Source: an uncultured Chloroflexia bacterium
GTDB lineage: Bacteria; Chloroflexota; Limnocylindria; Limnocylindrales; CSP1-4
Assembly: GCA_963752475.1 (NCBI GenBank)
Contig: CAVVYR010000006.1
Location: forward strand, 736,001 to 800,000
Direction of reading: 5' to 3'
DNA: 64,000 bases
Made by a program: the position numbers and the translations under genes. This document shows positions 30,428-43,481 of this stretch, one piece after another (position 1 is the stretch's first letter; every line of letters starts with the position of its first letter). Under the pieces are notes generated by a model that ran no database searches, was not told where the DNA came from, and saw nothing but the letters and a program-made list of their open reading frames with translations.

Positions 30428-31129
30428 ATGAACGCTGAGGCAAAAGGCACAACGGCCTCGGAGGTCGATGCGTTGGACACGGCCATCGCACGCGAGACAC
30501 CATCGGATGCCGCCTCCAGGACCGCGGGAAAGATCGGCCGGCCTCGGAGCGATCGTGCCCACCGGGACATCCTCCAGGCCTTCCGGGAGCTGCTCATCTC
30601 CGACGGCTTCGACAAGGTGCGCATGGAGCACGTGGCGGCGCGGGCCAAGGTCTCCAAAGCCACCGTGTACCGACACTGGCCCAAGAAGCAGGATCTCGCG
30701 CTGGAGCTCCTGCTGGAGCTGGCCACCCCACACCTCGCCGTGCCCGACGTCGGCGACACGCGAACGGAACTCCTGGCCACGGTGCTTGGCCCCATGCGCG
30801 CCCTCACGGAGACGGACTACGGACCGGTGACGCGGGAGCTGCTCTCAGAGATCGCCCGCAACCCGGAGCTCGGCGATCCCTTCCGAGCCTCGGTCATCAC
30901 CATCCGCCGAGATGAGGTCGCGCGCGTGGTTGCTCGCGGTGTGCGGCGAGGCGACCTGCGCCCTGACGTGGATCCGACGGTGGCCACGGAGATGCTCGTC
31001 GGGCCGGTCTACTGGCGCCTGCTCTTCGGGGGTGAGTTGGACGCGCAGTTCGCCGAGGTCATCGTCGACGAAGTGCTGCAGGGTTGGTCGATGCGTGGTT
31101 GGGGCGAGGTCGCCACCAACTGGCTCTAG
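30428..31129 (+). CDS. TetR/AcrR-family transcriptional regulator
   Basis: GRPRS..AHRDIL, GFDKVRMEHVAARAKVSKATVYRHWPKK, PDVGDTRTEL, GPVYWRLL. Confidence 0.94.
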   Translation: MNAEAKGTTASEVDALDTAIARETPSDAASRTAGKIGRPRSDRAHRDILQAFRELLISDGFDKVRMEHVAARAKVSKATVYRHWPKKQDLALELLLELATPHLAVPDVGDTRTELLATVLGPMRALTETDYGPVTRELLSEIARNPELGDPFRASVITIRRDEVARVVARGVRRGDLRPDVDPTVATEMLVGPVYWRLLFGGELDAQFAEVIVDEVLQGWSMRGWGEVATNWL

Positions 31130-31149
31130 GCTCTAGGCGGAGGCAGACC

Positions 31150-31848
31150 CTAGTCACCCAGCGGTAGCGTCTCGAGCAGCACCAGGAACGGCCGGGTGTC
31201 CGCCGCCGGCTGTTGCCGTAGTCGCAGTCGCAACCAGGCGTCGCCTGCTTCTCCGGACCTCCAGTGCCCGTCGAGGCGTCGCGCCGACAAGGCGCCCATG
31301 CCCATCTCAGCCACCGCGCGCGCCATGGTCAGGCCTTCGCCCACCAGACCGGGCCCGACGACACAGTGGTCAGAGCCCGGGAAGATCGAGGCCAGGCGGC
31401 GCCGACGCTCGATGAAGGGCAGGCGTCCGAGTGATCGACCGTCGAGATAGGGCAGATCGGAGGCGACGAACGCGCCCTCGGCATAGACGTCCTCCAGACC
31501 GCCACCGCGTAGCTGCCGTCGCAACAGGGCATCGTCTGGCCGGCCCTCCTCGTCGAGCGCCAGCAGTGTGCCTTCGACGATCACGCCATCGGCCGGGATC
31601 GCGGCCAGGCTCGGGCGCAGCTCAGGGAAGATCGCCAGCGGGTCGCTGAGGTGTTCGGTGCGCAGCTCGAGCAGGCCGCCGCCGCGTCGCAGGAACGCGC
31701 GCGTGCCCGGCCACCACGGCTCGAAGAAGAAGGCGTCGTCATCGAAGGGTCGCCCGCCGTCGGTCGCCGTCGGGAAGCGCAGGCGTGCAGGCAGCGCCGG
31801 CGTCTCGCCACTGGCGTCATCGATCGGTAGGTGCAGCTGCTGGTTCAT
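31150..31848 (-). CDS. ATP-dependent DNA ligase adenylation-domain homolog (LigD/LigC-like) lacking catalytic residues and the OB domain
   Basis: PFDDDAFFFEPWWPGTRA (motif I position), FPEL, IVEGTL, DEEGRPD, FVASDLPYLDGRSL..LPFIERRRRL, GMGALSARRLDGHWRSG...WLR. Confidence 0.8.
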   Translation of the reverse strand: MNQQLHLPIDDASGETPALPARLRFPTATDGGRPFDDDAFFFEPWWPGTRAFLRRGGGLLELRTEHLSDPLAIFPELRPSLAAIPADGVIVEGTLLALDEEGRPDDALLRRQLRGGGLEDVYAEGAFVASDLPYLDGRSLGRLPFIERRRRLASIFPGSDHCVVGPGLVGEGLTMARAVAEMGMGALSARRLDGHWRSGEAGDAWLRLRLRQQPAADTRPFLVLLETLPLGD

Positions 31849-31897
31849 CTGATCGTTCCGCACCAGTCTGACACCGATACCGGGGCCAGACGCGGGG

Positions 31898-32857
31898 TCA
31901 GGCCGTCTTGCGTTTCCGTGCGGTCGACGACTTCGAGGCGGCCTTGCTCGAGCGCTTGGACTTGGTGGAGCTCGACTTCGAGGCTGAGGCCTTCGTTGGC
32001 TTGCGTGCCCGGGACTCGCGCGCCTTCGTGACCGAGACCGGCTCCTCGGCGGCCGCGAGGGGGGCCTCGTCCTTGTTGCCGCGGGCGGCGACCACGCTGG
32101 CCTCCAGCACCGCCATCAGGTCGGTCAGCTTGCTCGGCTCGGGCTCGGGCGCGGCAGCCTCGACGGGCTGGCCGGCGACCTTGCTGTCGATGACCTTCAG
32201 CAGGGCCTCCCGGTACTCGTCCTTGTAGCGCGAGGCATCGAACTCGCCCGTGAGCGTCTCGACGAGCTGGCGAGCCATGGCCACCTCGGCCGGCTTGAAC
32301 TCCTCTTTCTCTTCTGGGATGTCGAGATCGCCCGCATCGCGGACCTCGTCCGGCCAGTAGAGGGTGGAGAGCAGCATCGTCGTGCCGAACGGGTCGAGCG
32401 AGGCAAGGACCTCGCGGTCCTTGAGCACGATCTTGCAGACGGCCTGGAGCTCACTCTCGGCGAGCACGCTCTTGAGCAGGCTGAAGGCCTTGCGTCCCAC
32501 CGGCTCCGGCTCGAGGTAGTAGGACTGCTTGACGAAGCGTGCGCCGGGGTCTTCTCGACGCGAGGGCACGAACTGCTCGATCTCGATGGTGCGAACGGTC
32601 TTGAGCGGCACGGCCTCGAAGTCGTTCTCCTCGAGGACGACGTACTGGCCCTTGGACCACTCATACCCGCGGACGGTGTCAGAGCGCTTGATCTCTCCGT
32701 GTTCGGGGCAATGCACCTTCATCTGGATGCGCTTGTGGTCCTCGGCGTGGAGCATGTTGAAGGAGAGACCTCCTCGCGATTCGGTCGCAAGGAAAAGCCG
32801 GACGGGGATCGTGACGAGGCCGAACTGGATCGCGCCGCGCCACATCGAGCGTGGCAT
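31898..32857 (-). CDS. ku: Ku protein (NHEJ DNA end-binding)
   Basis: MPRSMWRGAIQFGLVTIPVRL, RGYEW, IEIEQFVP, YYLEP, LYWPDEVR, YKDEYRE, DLMAVLEASV, basic C-terminal tail; AGGAG SD. Confidence 0.97.
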   Translation of the reverse strand: MPRSMWRGAIQFGLVTIPVRLFLATESRGGLSFNMLHAEDHKRIQMKVHCPEHGEIKRSDTVRGYEWSKGQYVVLEENDFEAVPLKTVRTIEIEQFVPSRREDPGARFVKQSYYLEPEPVGRKAFSLLKSVLAESELQAVCKIVLKDREVLASLDPFGTTMLLSTLYWPDEVRDAGDLDIPEEKEEFKPAEVAMARQLVETLTGEFDASRYKDEYREALLKVIDSKVAGQPVEAAAPEPEPSKLTDLMAVLEASVVAARGNKDEAPLAAAEEPVSVTKARESRARKPTKASASKSSSTKSKRSSKAASKSSTARKRKTA

Positions 32858-32984
32858 TCCACGACTCCTGCTGCGTTTGACGTGCTCCGCTGGGTGCGGG
32901 CCGAAAGCATAGCGCTGTGCTCCTCTTATGCCTAGAGGACCGTCGGCGAGGCGCAAGGAGGATGCGCGCTATGCTGCTTGACCG

Positions 32985-33770
32985 ATGGTGCTGAGACGGT
33001 TCCTCGCCTGGTCGCTCACGGCCGCCGCTGTGTTGGCGTTGACGGCCTGTGCGTCGGGCGATGCCGCGGCCCCGTCTCCGGAGGGCACGAGCACACCGAG
33101 CTCGGAGCCAGCGGCCGAGGCTGGTGACGACGCGACCGTGGCCGCCGAGACCGCGGTCAAGCAGCGCTACCGCATCGTCTTCCTGGGTGATTCCTATACC
33201 GTCGGTGTCGGCACGGACGCTCCGCGTCGCGACAGCTGGCCGGCCCAGCTGACAGCCGCGTTGAACCAGCGTGCCGACGTGCGCATCACGCCCTACAACC
33301 TGGCGCAGGAGAGCCACCCCAGCATCCAGGTGCTCGACGAGCAGGTGGACGACGTGGCCGGGTACGAGCCCGACGTGGTCACGCTACAGGTGGGGCTGAA
33401 CGACATCGTGAGCCACGATGACGGCTACGCGGACAACGTCGCGGCCATCCTCGACGAACTCCTGCTGGTCGTCGACTCCGAGCGTATCTTCGCCATCACG
33501 ACGCCGGACCACACGCTCACAGACTGGGGGCGTGAGCGTGGTTCGAGTGAAGCCGTAGCCGAGCACAACGCCAGCCTCGTCGAGGAGGCCGAGGCACGCG
33601 GCATCACGGTCATCGACATCGGACCGGTGAACGAGCGCATCGCTCTGGACGGAGATCTGCTGGTGCAGGCCAGCCCACCGGCGCCGTACCCCACCGCCAA
33701 GCAGTACGCCGGCTGGGCCGAGCTCATCGGGCCGTACGTCTACGATGCGCTGATGAGCATCGAGCCGTAG
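32985..33770 (+). CDS. SGNH/GDSL hydrolase-family lipoprotein
   Basis: Lipobox LTAC, FLGDSYT, QVGLND; block V reads PAPYPT instead of DxxHP. Confidence 0.85.
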   Translation: MVLRRFLAWSLTAAAVLALTACASGDAAAPSPEGTSTPSSEPAAEAGDDATVAAETAVKQRYRIVFLGDSYTVGVGTDAPRRDSWPAQLTAALNQRADVRITPYNLAQESHPSIQVLDEQVDDVAGYEPDVVTLQVGLNDIVSHDDGYADNVAAILDELLLVVDSERIFAITTPDHTLTDWGRERGSSEAVAEHNASLVEEAEARGITVIDIGPVNERIALDGDLLVQASPPAPYPTAKQYAGWAELIGPYVYDALMSIEP

Positions 33771-33784
33771 TACGCTTGGAGGCA

Positions 33785-33841
33785 CTTGCCGATCCGGTCC
33801 CGTGAGGCCGGAAGCCCGGTCCCGTGAGGCCAGCAAGGAGG
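33785..33841 (+). promoter_or_regulatory. Two tandem PyrR-binding-loop motifs in the carA leader
   Basis: CCGGTCCCGTGAGGCC at 33794 and 33816, matching the PyrR loop consensus ARUCCNGNGAGGYU apart from a compensatory G-C closing pair; flanked by CTTGC/GCAAG, which overlaps the AAGGAGG SD. Confidence 0.8.
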
Positions 33842-33851
33842 AAGCCTGACC

Positions 33852-35023
33852 ATGTCCGTCGGTGCGCCGCGCGTCGCGCCTGCCATCCCTCTGCCCGCAG
33901 ACGCCGTCGTCGACCCCCGTATCGGTAGCAGGGGTCCCTGCCTGCTTGCGCTCGAGGACGGAACCGTCTTCGGTGGCGTGGCCTTCGGTTCCGACCGCCA
34001 TGGCGGTGGGGACCTCGTCGTCAACACCTCGCAGACCGGCTACCAGGAGGTCTGCACCGACCCCAGCTATGCCGGTCAGGTCGTGGTCATGACCTATCCG
34101 CTGATCGGCAATCACGGTCGCTTCGCCGATGACGACCAATCGGAGCGACCCTGGCTCAACGGGCTCATCGTCGGCCACGCGACAGCAGCCGTCCTTGGCC
34201 AGGCCCGCCAGATCGTGCACCTGCTGCGCTCGTGGGGCGTGCCGGCCATGGCCGGGCTGGACACGCGCAGCCTCGCTCGCCACCTCCGGGAGAGCGGGTC
34301 GCTGCGTGGCGTCATCACCGCCCCCGGCGAGACCGACCCGGAAGCCGCGGTGGCAGCCGCTCGCGCCGTCCCGGTGTGGGAGGAGCAGGACTTCGTCTCG
34401 CAGGTCTCGGCCGCGTCGCCGTACGAAGTCGGTGACCGCGGGCCGGTCGTGGCCGTCATCGACCTGGGTCTCAAGGCGAACATCGTCCGCTCGCTGCGCA
34501 AGCGTGGCGCCCGGGTACGCATCCTGCCGCACACGGCCACTGCCGAGCAGGTGCTGCGGCCGGACATCGACGGCGTCGTCATCTCCCCCGGTCCCGGCGA
34601 CCCGGGCATGCTGGATGCGCAGGTGGCGCTGGCCAGGGCCGTCATCGAGGATGGTCGGCCGCTCCTCGGCATCTGCCTGGGGCATCAGATCGTGGCCCGT
34701 GCTGCCGGCGCCCGCACCCAGCGCTTGCGCTTCGGCCACCACGCCGCCAATCATCCCGTGCGTGACGAGGTTTCCGGTCGCGTCACGGTGACCGCCCAGA
34801 ACCACGAGGTGGAGGTCGTCGCCGACTCGCTGCCCGATGACGGTGGCTTCTATGTCAGCCAGCGCAACCTCAACGATGGGACCGTGGAAGGGTTGCGAAA
34901 CCACGGGCTACCCATCGAGACCGTGCAGTACCACCCGGAAGGCTCGCCGGGGCCGCTCGACGCGGCCGAGGTCTTCGATCGCTTCCTGGGCCACGTGCGG
35001 GCCTACGCGCACCCGGTGACCGC

Positions 35024-35027
<4 letters not shown>
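33852..35027 (+). CDS. carA: Carbamoyl-phosphate synthase small subunit
   Basis: LALEDGTVF, NTSQTGYQEVCTDPSY, SPGPGDP, GICLGHQ, AQNH, VQYHPE. Confidence 0.97.
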
Positions 35028-38459
<3,432 letters not shown>

Positions 38460-38467
<8 letters not shown>

Positions 38468-38963
38468 CCCCCGGCTCGCGGACCTACCCACGGACGCACT
38501 GGTGCTGCTGGTCGGTCCCTCCGGTGCGGGCAAATCGACGTGGGCGGCGGCGCACTTCGCTGGCTCCGAGATCCTTTCGTCGGACGCGTTCCGCGAGCTG
38601 GTCGCCGGCGACCCGGCCGACCAGTCGGCCACGGGTGACGCCTTCAAGGCGCTGCACCAGGTGGCGAAGGCACGCCTGCGCCGCGGCCTGCGTACGATCG
38701 TGGACGCCACCAACCTGACCGAGGGTGCTCGGCGCTCCCTGCTGCGGCGCGCAGCCCACGCCGGACGGCCGGCGATCGCTATCGCCTTCGACGTGTCTCT
38801 TGAGCGATGCCTGCGGCAGAACGCCACGCGCGAGGACCGTTCGGTGCCGGAAGTGGTCATCCACCAGCATCACCGTGCCCTCAGAAACACCCTTGAGCGA
38901 CTGCCTGCGGAGGGGTTCGTCGGCATCGTACGGGTGCACGACGCCGACATCGACGCGCCGTGA
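38460..38963 (+). CDS. Stand-alone P-loop kinase resembling the N-terminal kinase module of bacterial Pnkp
   Basis: LVLLVGPSGAGKSTWA, ILSSDAFR, RLRRG..TIVDATN, RNATR-like QNATREDRSVP. Confidence 0.85.
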
Positions 38964-39024
38964 CTCGGTATGGTTCGAGACGTGGTCGCCGCAGTGGGGA
39001 TCCGATGGAGGAGGAGGTGCGCTC

Positions 39025-40071
39025 GTGCAGATCGAGCTCCAGGATACCGGCGGTGACGTAGCAGCTATCGGTATCGTGTTGGTGGCGGTGCTGATCGGCC
39101 TGGCCATCCACTGGGTCTCATGGCAGATCGTCATCCGCATCGTCATGCGCACGGACGTGAGGCTCGACGAATACGTCGTCCAGCGCACGCGCAACCCCAT
39201 GCGCCTGCTCGTCGTGCTGGCCGCAGTGCTGGTCTCGACGTTGCTGATGGGCGAGGAGGCTGCAGACCTGGTGCGTCGCGTGGTCATCTTCATCGGCATC
39301 ATCGCGCTCGGCTGGCTCGCCGTGTCGCTGACCCTCGTGGGGCAGGACATGGCTGCCGATCGCTTTCCTGACGAAGTCGATGATCTCGAGGCCCGCCAGG
39401 TCCGCACCCAGCTGGCCGTGCTGCAGCGGTTCGGCTCGGTCATCATCTGGCTGCTGGCAGTGGCGATCGCGCTGCTGACCATCCCCGGGGTACAGCCGCT
39501 GGCAGCCAGCCTCCTGGCCGGAGCCGGCGTCCTTGGGATCGTGCTCGGCGTGGCCGCCGGCCCGCTCATCGGCAACCTCATCGCCGGGATCCAGATCGCC
39601 TTCACCCAGCCCATCAAGATCGGCGACGTGGTCGTCATCGAAGGCGAGTGGGGCCGCATCGGCGAGATCACCGTCGCCTATGCGGTGGTATACATCTGGG
39701 ACAAGCGACGGCTCATCGTGCCGCTTTCGGACATCGTCAACAAGCCCGTCGAGAATTGGACCCGGCAGACGACTGATCTGCTGGCGACCGTGAGCTTCCC
39801 CCTCGACTACCGGGCCCCCGTTGAAGCCATCCGCACGGAGTTCAAGCGGATCCTCGACGAGTCGGGCATGTGGGACGGGGAAGCCTGGTCCGTGCTGGTC
39901 ACCGACAACGACGACCGCTCCATGGTGGTGCGCGTGCTCTTCAGTGCGCCTGACTCGGGCAACGCCTGGGATCTCCGCTGTCTGGTGCGCGAGAGGCTGA
40001 TCGGTTTCCTGCAGGCTCATCATCCTGATGCCCTGCCGGTGGCGCGGGAGATCCAGTACCAGCCCGAGTAG
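39025..40071 (+). CDS. Mechanosensitive ion channel, MscS family
   Basis: SLLAGAGVLGIVLG, GNLIAGIQIAFTQPIKIGDVVVIEGEWGRI, WDKRRLIVP, ENWT, AWDLRC; GGAGGAGG SD. Confidence 0.93.
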   Translation: MQIELQDTGGDVAAIGIVLVAVLIGLAIHWVSWQIVIRIVMRTDVRLDEYVVQRTRNPMRLLVVLAAVLVSTLLMGEEAADLVRRVVIFIGIIALGWLAVSLTLVGQDMAADRFPDEVDDLEARQVRTQLAVLQRFGSVIIWLLAVAIALLTIPGVQPLAASLLAGAGVLGIVLGVAAGPLIGNLIAGIQIAFTQPIKIGDVVVIEGEWGRIGEITVAYAVVYIWDKRRLIVPLSDIVNKPVENWTRQTTDLLATVSFPLDYRAPVEAIRTEFKRILDESGMWDGEAWSVLVTDNDDRSMVVRVLFSAPDSGNAWDLRCLVRERLIGFLQAHHPDALPVAREIQYQPE

Positions 40072-40134
40072 CGTCGGGCTGCGGCTTCCCCGCTAGGATT
40101 GCACGATGCCCAACGTCGTCATCGTGGTGCCGTC

Positions 40135-41424
40135 GTGAGTGACGCCGCCCACGTCCGCTTCAGTCAGCACACCCTCAGCAACGGCCTGCGCGTGATCGTC
40201 GCGCCCGATCGGGTGGCCCCGGTGGTGGCCATCAACCTTTGGTACGACGTGGGGTCGAAGCACGAGCAACCCGGCAAGACCGGCTTTGCCCACCTCTTCG
40301 AGCACTTCATGTTCCAAGGCAGCCGTCACGTGGCCAAGGCCGAGCACCTCTCGATCGTGCAGGGTGCCGGCGGCGTGCTCAACGCGACCACCTACTTCGA
40401 CCGCACCAACTACTTCGAGACGCTGCCGTCCCATCAGGTCGAGCTCGGACTGTGGCTGGAGGCGGACCGCATGGCCACGCTGCTCGACGCCATGAGCCAG
40501 GAGAACCTCGACAACCAGCGAGACGTCGTCAAGAACGAGAAGCGTCAGTCCTATGACAACCGCCCCTATGGCTCGTTCTACGAGAAGCTGATGGCCGCGG
40601 TCTTCCCGCCCGGCCACCCCTACCACCACACGCCCATCGGCTCGATGGAGGATCTTGACGCCGCTTCGCTCGAGGACGTCGAGGCCTTCTTCCGCACCTA
40701 CTACGTGCCCAACAACGCGGTCCTGACCGTGGCCGGCGACGTGGACGAGGCGCCGGTCATCGAGGCGGTCGAGCGCTACTTCGGGCCCATCGAGCCCAAC
40801 GAGCAGTTGCCCGCCTTCCGCCGGCCGCATGACGAGCCCGCCCCGGCCCACCGCGAGGTCGTGCCAGACGACGTACCTCTCGAGCGGGTGCATGTCGGCT
40901 ACCGCTGCCCCGCCTACGGCACGCATGAGTTCGACGCCCTCGAGGTCGCGACCCAGATCTTGGCCGGTGGTCGCGGCAGCCGGCTGCACAAGCGTCTCGT
41001 GCGTGAGGAGCAGGTCGCGCAGGACGTGGCCTTCTTCGTTCTCCCGTTGGTGGCCGGCTCGTCCATCTCGGCCGGCTGGGTCACGGCTCGCCCCGAATCG
41101 GACGCCGCCACGGTGGAGGCCATGCTCGACGAGGAGCTGCTGCGCATGACGCGCGAGCCGGTGACCGACGACGAGCTCGCGCGCGCACACGCGCTCATCG
41201 AATTGAGCGAGCTGTCCGCGCTCTCGCGCATGGACGAGATCGCCGACCGGCTCTCCATGTACACCACCTACTTCGACCGCCCTGAGCTCATCAATGAGCA
41301 GCTCGGTCGCTACCTGGAGGTGGATGCTGAGACCATCCGTGAGGTGTGCGCATCGGTCTTCGGTAGCCATGATCGCGCGACGATCACGTACGTCCCGCGT
41401 GCCAGCGAGGAGGCAGCGGCATGA
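40135..41424 (+). CDS. M16-family metallopeptidase, catalytic subunit
   Basis: LSNGLRV, WYDVGS, TGFAHLFEH (inverted HxxEH), NATTYFDRTNY, EADRM, YYVPNNA. Confidence 0.95.
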   Translation: MSDAAHVRFSQHTLSNGLRVIVAPDRVAPVVAINLWYDVGSKHEQPGKTGFAHLFEHFMFQGSRHVAKAEHLSIVQGAGGVLNATTYFDRTNYFETLPSHQVELGLWLEADRMATLLDAMSQENLDNQRDVVKNEKRQSYDNRPYGSFYEKLMAAVFPPGHPYHHTPIGSMEDLDAASLEDVEAFFRTYYVPNNAVLTVAGDVDEAPVIEAVERYFGPIEPNEQLPAFRRPHDEPAPAHREVVPDDVPLERVHVGYRCPAYGTHEFDALEVATQILAGGRGSRLHKRLVREEQVAQDVAFFVLPLVAGSSISAGWVTARPESDAATVEAMLDEELLRMTREPVTDDELARAHALIELSELSALSRMDEIADRLSMYTTYFDRPELINEQLGRYLEVDAETIREVCASVFGSHDRATITYVPRASEEAAA

Positions 41425-42824
41425 GCGACTCCCTGAGCGTGCTCGACACGCGACCCGAGCCTGGCCGGCCACGCGATTACGACTTCCCGGACTTCGAGCG
41501 TTCGACCCTCGGGAACGGGTTGACGGTGCTCCAGTGCCACGTGCCTGGCCGGCCCCTGTTGCAGGCCCAGCTGATCGTGCGCGGCGATGCTGGTGGCGGC
41601 GCCACCAGCGAGGACCCCGCACTCGCCGGGGCCACGATGCTTACCGCCCGGGCGATGTCAGAGGGCACGGCCGACCACGACGCGGTCGCCTTCACCGAAG
41701 CGGCCGAACGGCTGGGCGCGGAGATGGGCGCCGGTGCGGGCTGGGACAGCCTGACCGCACACGTCGAGGTGCCAAGGACGCACTTCCCACAGGCCATGTC
41801 CCTCTTCGCGGAGATGGCCTTGCAGCCGGCCTTCCCTGAGCGAGAGGTCGAACGCCTGCGGAACGAGCGTCTCAACGACCTGCGACAGGTCATGGCCGAT
41901 GCACGCCGGCGTGCGGAGAAGGCCTTCCCGGCCACGATCTACGCCCAAGGTGCGGCCTACGCTCGGCCGCTCGGTGGGCTGGAGGAGACGGTCGGACCCA
42001 TCGATAACGAGACGCTCGCGGCGCGCCACACCGCGCTGCTGCGGCCCGAGGCCTCGACGCTCATCGTCTGCGGCGACATCGAAGACCTCGCCGTCGCCGA
42101 CATCGTGGCGGGCGCCTTCGGCTCCTGGATCTCGGATGCCGAGGGCCCGCTCGCACCGACCGCTCCCGATGCGGCCGGCGCAGTGCGACGCGTCGTGCTC
42201 GTGGACCGGCCGGGTGCGCCACAGTCGGAGATCCGCGTGGGTCATGTCGGCACCGGTCGCCGCATCGACGATTTCCACGCGCTCTCGGTGACCAACGCCC
42301 TGCTCGGCGGGCTCTTCAACTCCCGGCTCAACATGCTCCTACGCGAGGAGCGCGGCTACACGTACGGTGTGAACTCGAGTTTCGACATGCGTCGTTCGGC
42401 CGGGCCTTTCGCGGTGCGTTGTGCCGTGGAATCGGATGTGACGGCCCCGGCGGTCGATGACATCATGGCCGAGCTGGCGCGGATCGCGGTCGACCCGGTG
42501 GAAGCGGCGGAGCTGGACGCGGCGCGCGACTACCTCATCGGCGTCTTCCCGCTGCGCTTCGAGACCTCTGCTCAGGTGGCCGGCGCGCTGGCGGGTCTGG
42601 TGGTCCAGGGCCTGCCCGATGACGAGCTCGACCGCTACCGCCCGGCGATCGCGGATGTGAGCGCTGACGATGTGCGAGCGGCTGCCGCCGCCCACATCGA
42701 TCCCGAGCGGGCTTCGATCGTCATCGTCGGTGACGTGACCAAGTTCGAGGAGCCCCTGCGTGAAGCGGGGTACGGCGACGTGGAGATCGTCCAGGATGAC
42801 GGCTATGGCCGCGGCGAAGAGTAG
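41421..42824 (+). CDS. M16-family peptidase, non-catalytic partner subunit
   Basis: No HxxEH; VDRPGAPQS, LGGLFNSRLNMLLREERGYTYG (R/Y pair); ATGA overlap. Confidence 0.92.
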   Translation: MSDSLSVLDTRPEPGRPRDYDFPDFERSTLGNGLTVLQCHVPGRPLLQAQLIVRGDAGGGATSEDPALAGATMLTARAMSEGTADHDAVAFTEAAERLGAEMGAGAGWDSLTAHVEVPRTHFPQAMSLFAEMALQPAFPEREVERLRNERLNDLRQVMADARRRAEKAFPATIYAQGAAYARPLGGLEETVGPIDNETLAARHTALLRPEASTLIVCGDIEDLAVADIVAGAFGSWISDAEGPLAPTAPDAAGAVRRVVLVDRPGAPQSEIRVGHVGTGRRIDDFHALSVTNALLGGLFNSRLNMLLREERGYTYGVNSSFDMRRSAGPFAVRCAVESDVTAPAVDDIMAELARIAVDPVEAAELDAARDYLIGVFPLRFETSAQVAGALAGLVVQGLPDDELDRYRPAIADVSADDVRAAAAAHIDPERASIVIVGDVTKFEEPLREAGYGDVEIVQDDGYGRGEE

Positions 42825-42836
42825 GGAGGCCGTTCG

Positions 42837-43481
42837 ATGATCGTGGTCCTTGGACGCCCTCGCGTCTACCGTCCCGAACCTGATGGTGATCTCGCCCCCG
42901 GCGGCTTGGCCGTGGAGCTGGCCCTGGCCGCAGCTCGTGAAGAGGCCGAGGTAGAGCTCGTCGGGGCTATCGGTGATGACCCCGAGGGTGATCGCATCGT
43001 GGTCGAGCTGGGCCGCGGTGGGGTCGGACACTCCGCCCTGATGCGCGACCCTGCTACTCGCACGCCGCTCATCACGCAGCCGCGTGAGGCCAGGCCGTTG
43101 CCAAGGCTCGAAGCCGCCGACGTCGAGATGGGCATGCGCTATATGCGGGAGTGCCGGGTGCTGGTCATCAGCGCCGAGCTCGATCCCGAGGCCCTGGCCA
43201 AGGCCCAGGAGATGGCCGAGTACCACGGCGCGGCGGTGGTCATGATCGCCAACGTCGGCACCGTCGACCCCACGTTGCTGGGCGATGCAGTCACGCTGCT
43301 CGAGCGACCCGTGGCCGAGGACGACGAATCAGTCGAGGACGCGCTCGTGGTGGCCGCGGACGACGCGGACTTCGGCGCCTTCGTGGCTGAGTACGCCGTG
43401 CGGCTCGATCGTGGTGAAGCACCCGCCCAGGCGTTCGCGGCTGCGCTCGGCGAGAGCGCCTGGGAACCGTCGAGTGATTGA
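42837..43481 (+). CDS. PfkB-like protein, truncated or degenerate
   Basis: GGLAVELA...VELVGAIGDDPEG resembles PfkB signature 1; there is no GxGD motif. Confidence 0.6.
   Translation: MIVVLGRPRVYRPEPDGDLAPGGLAVELALAAAREEAEVELVGAIGDDPEGDRIVVELGRGGVGHSALMRDPATRTPLITQPREARPLPRLEAADVEMGMRYMRECRVLVISAELDPEALAKAQEMAEYHGAAVVMIANVGTVDPTLLGDAVTLLERPVAEDDESVEDALVVAADDADFGAFVAEYAVRLDRGEAPAQAFAAALGESAWEPSSD

Noticed and set aside
29619-33000. Genomic island or prophage integrated at tRNA-Lys
   Set aside because: No integrase, no duplicated tRNA 3' end and no obvious compositional shift.
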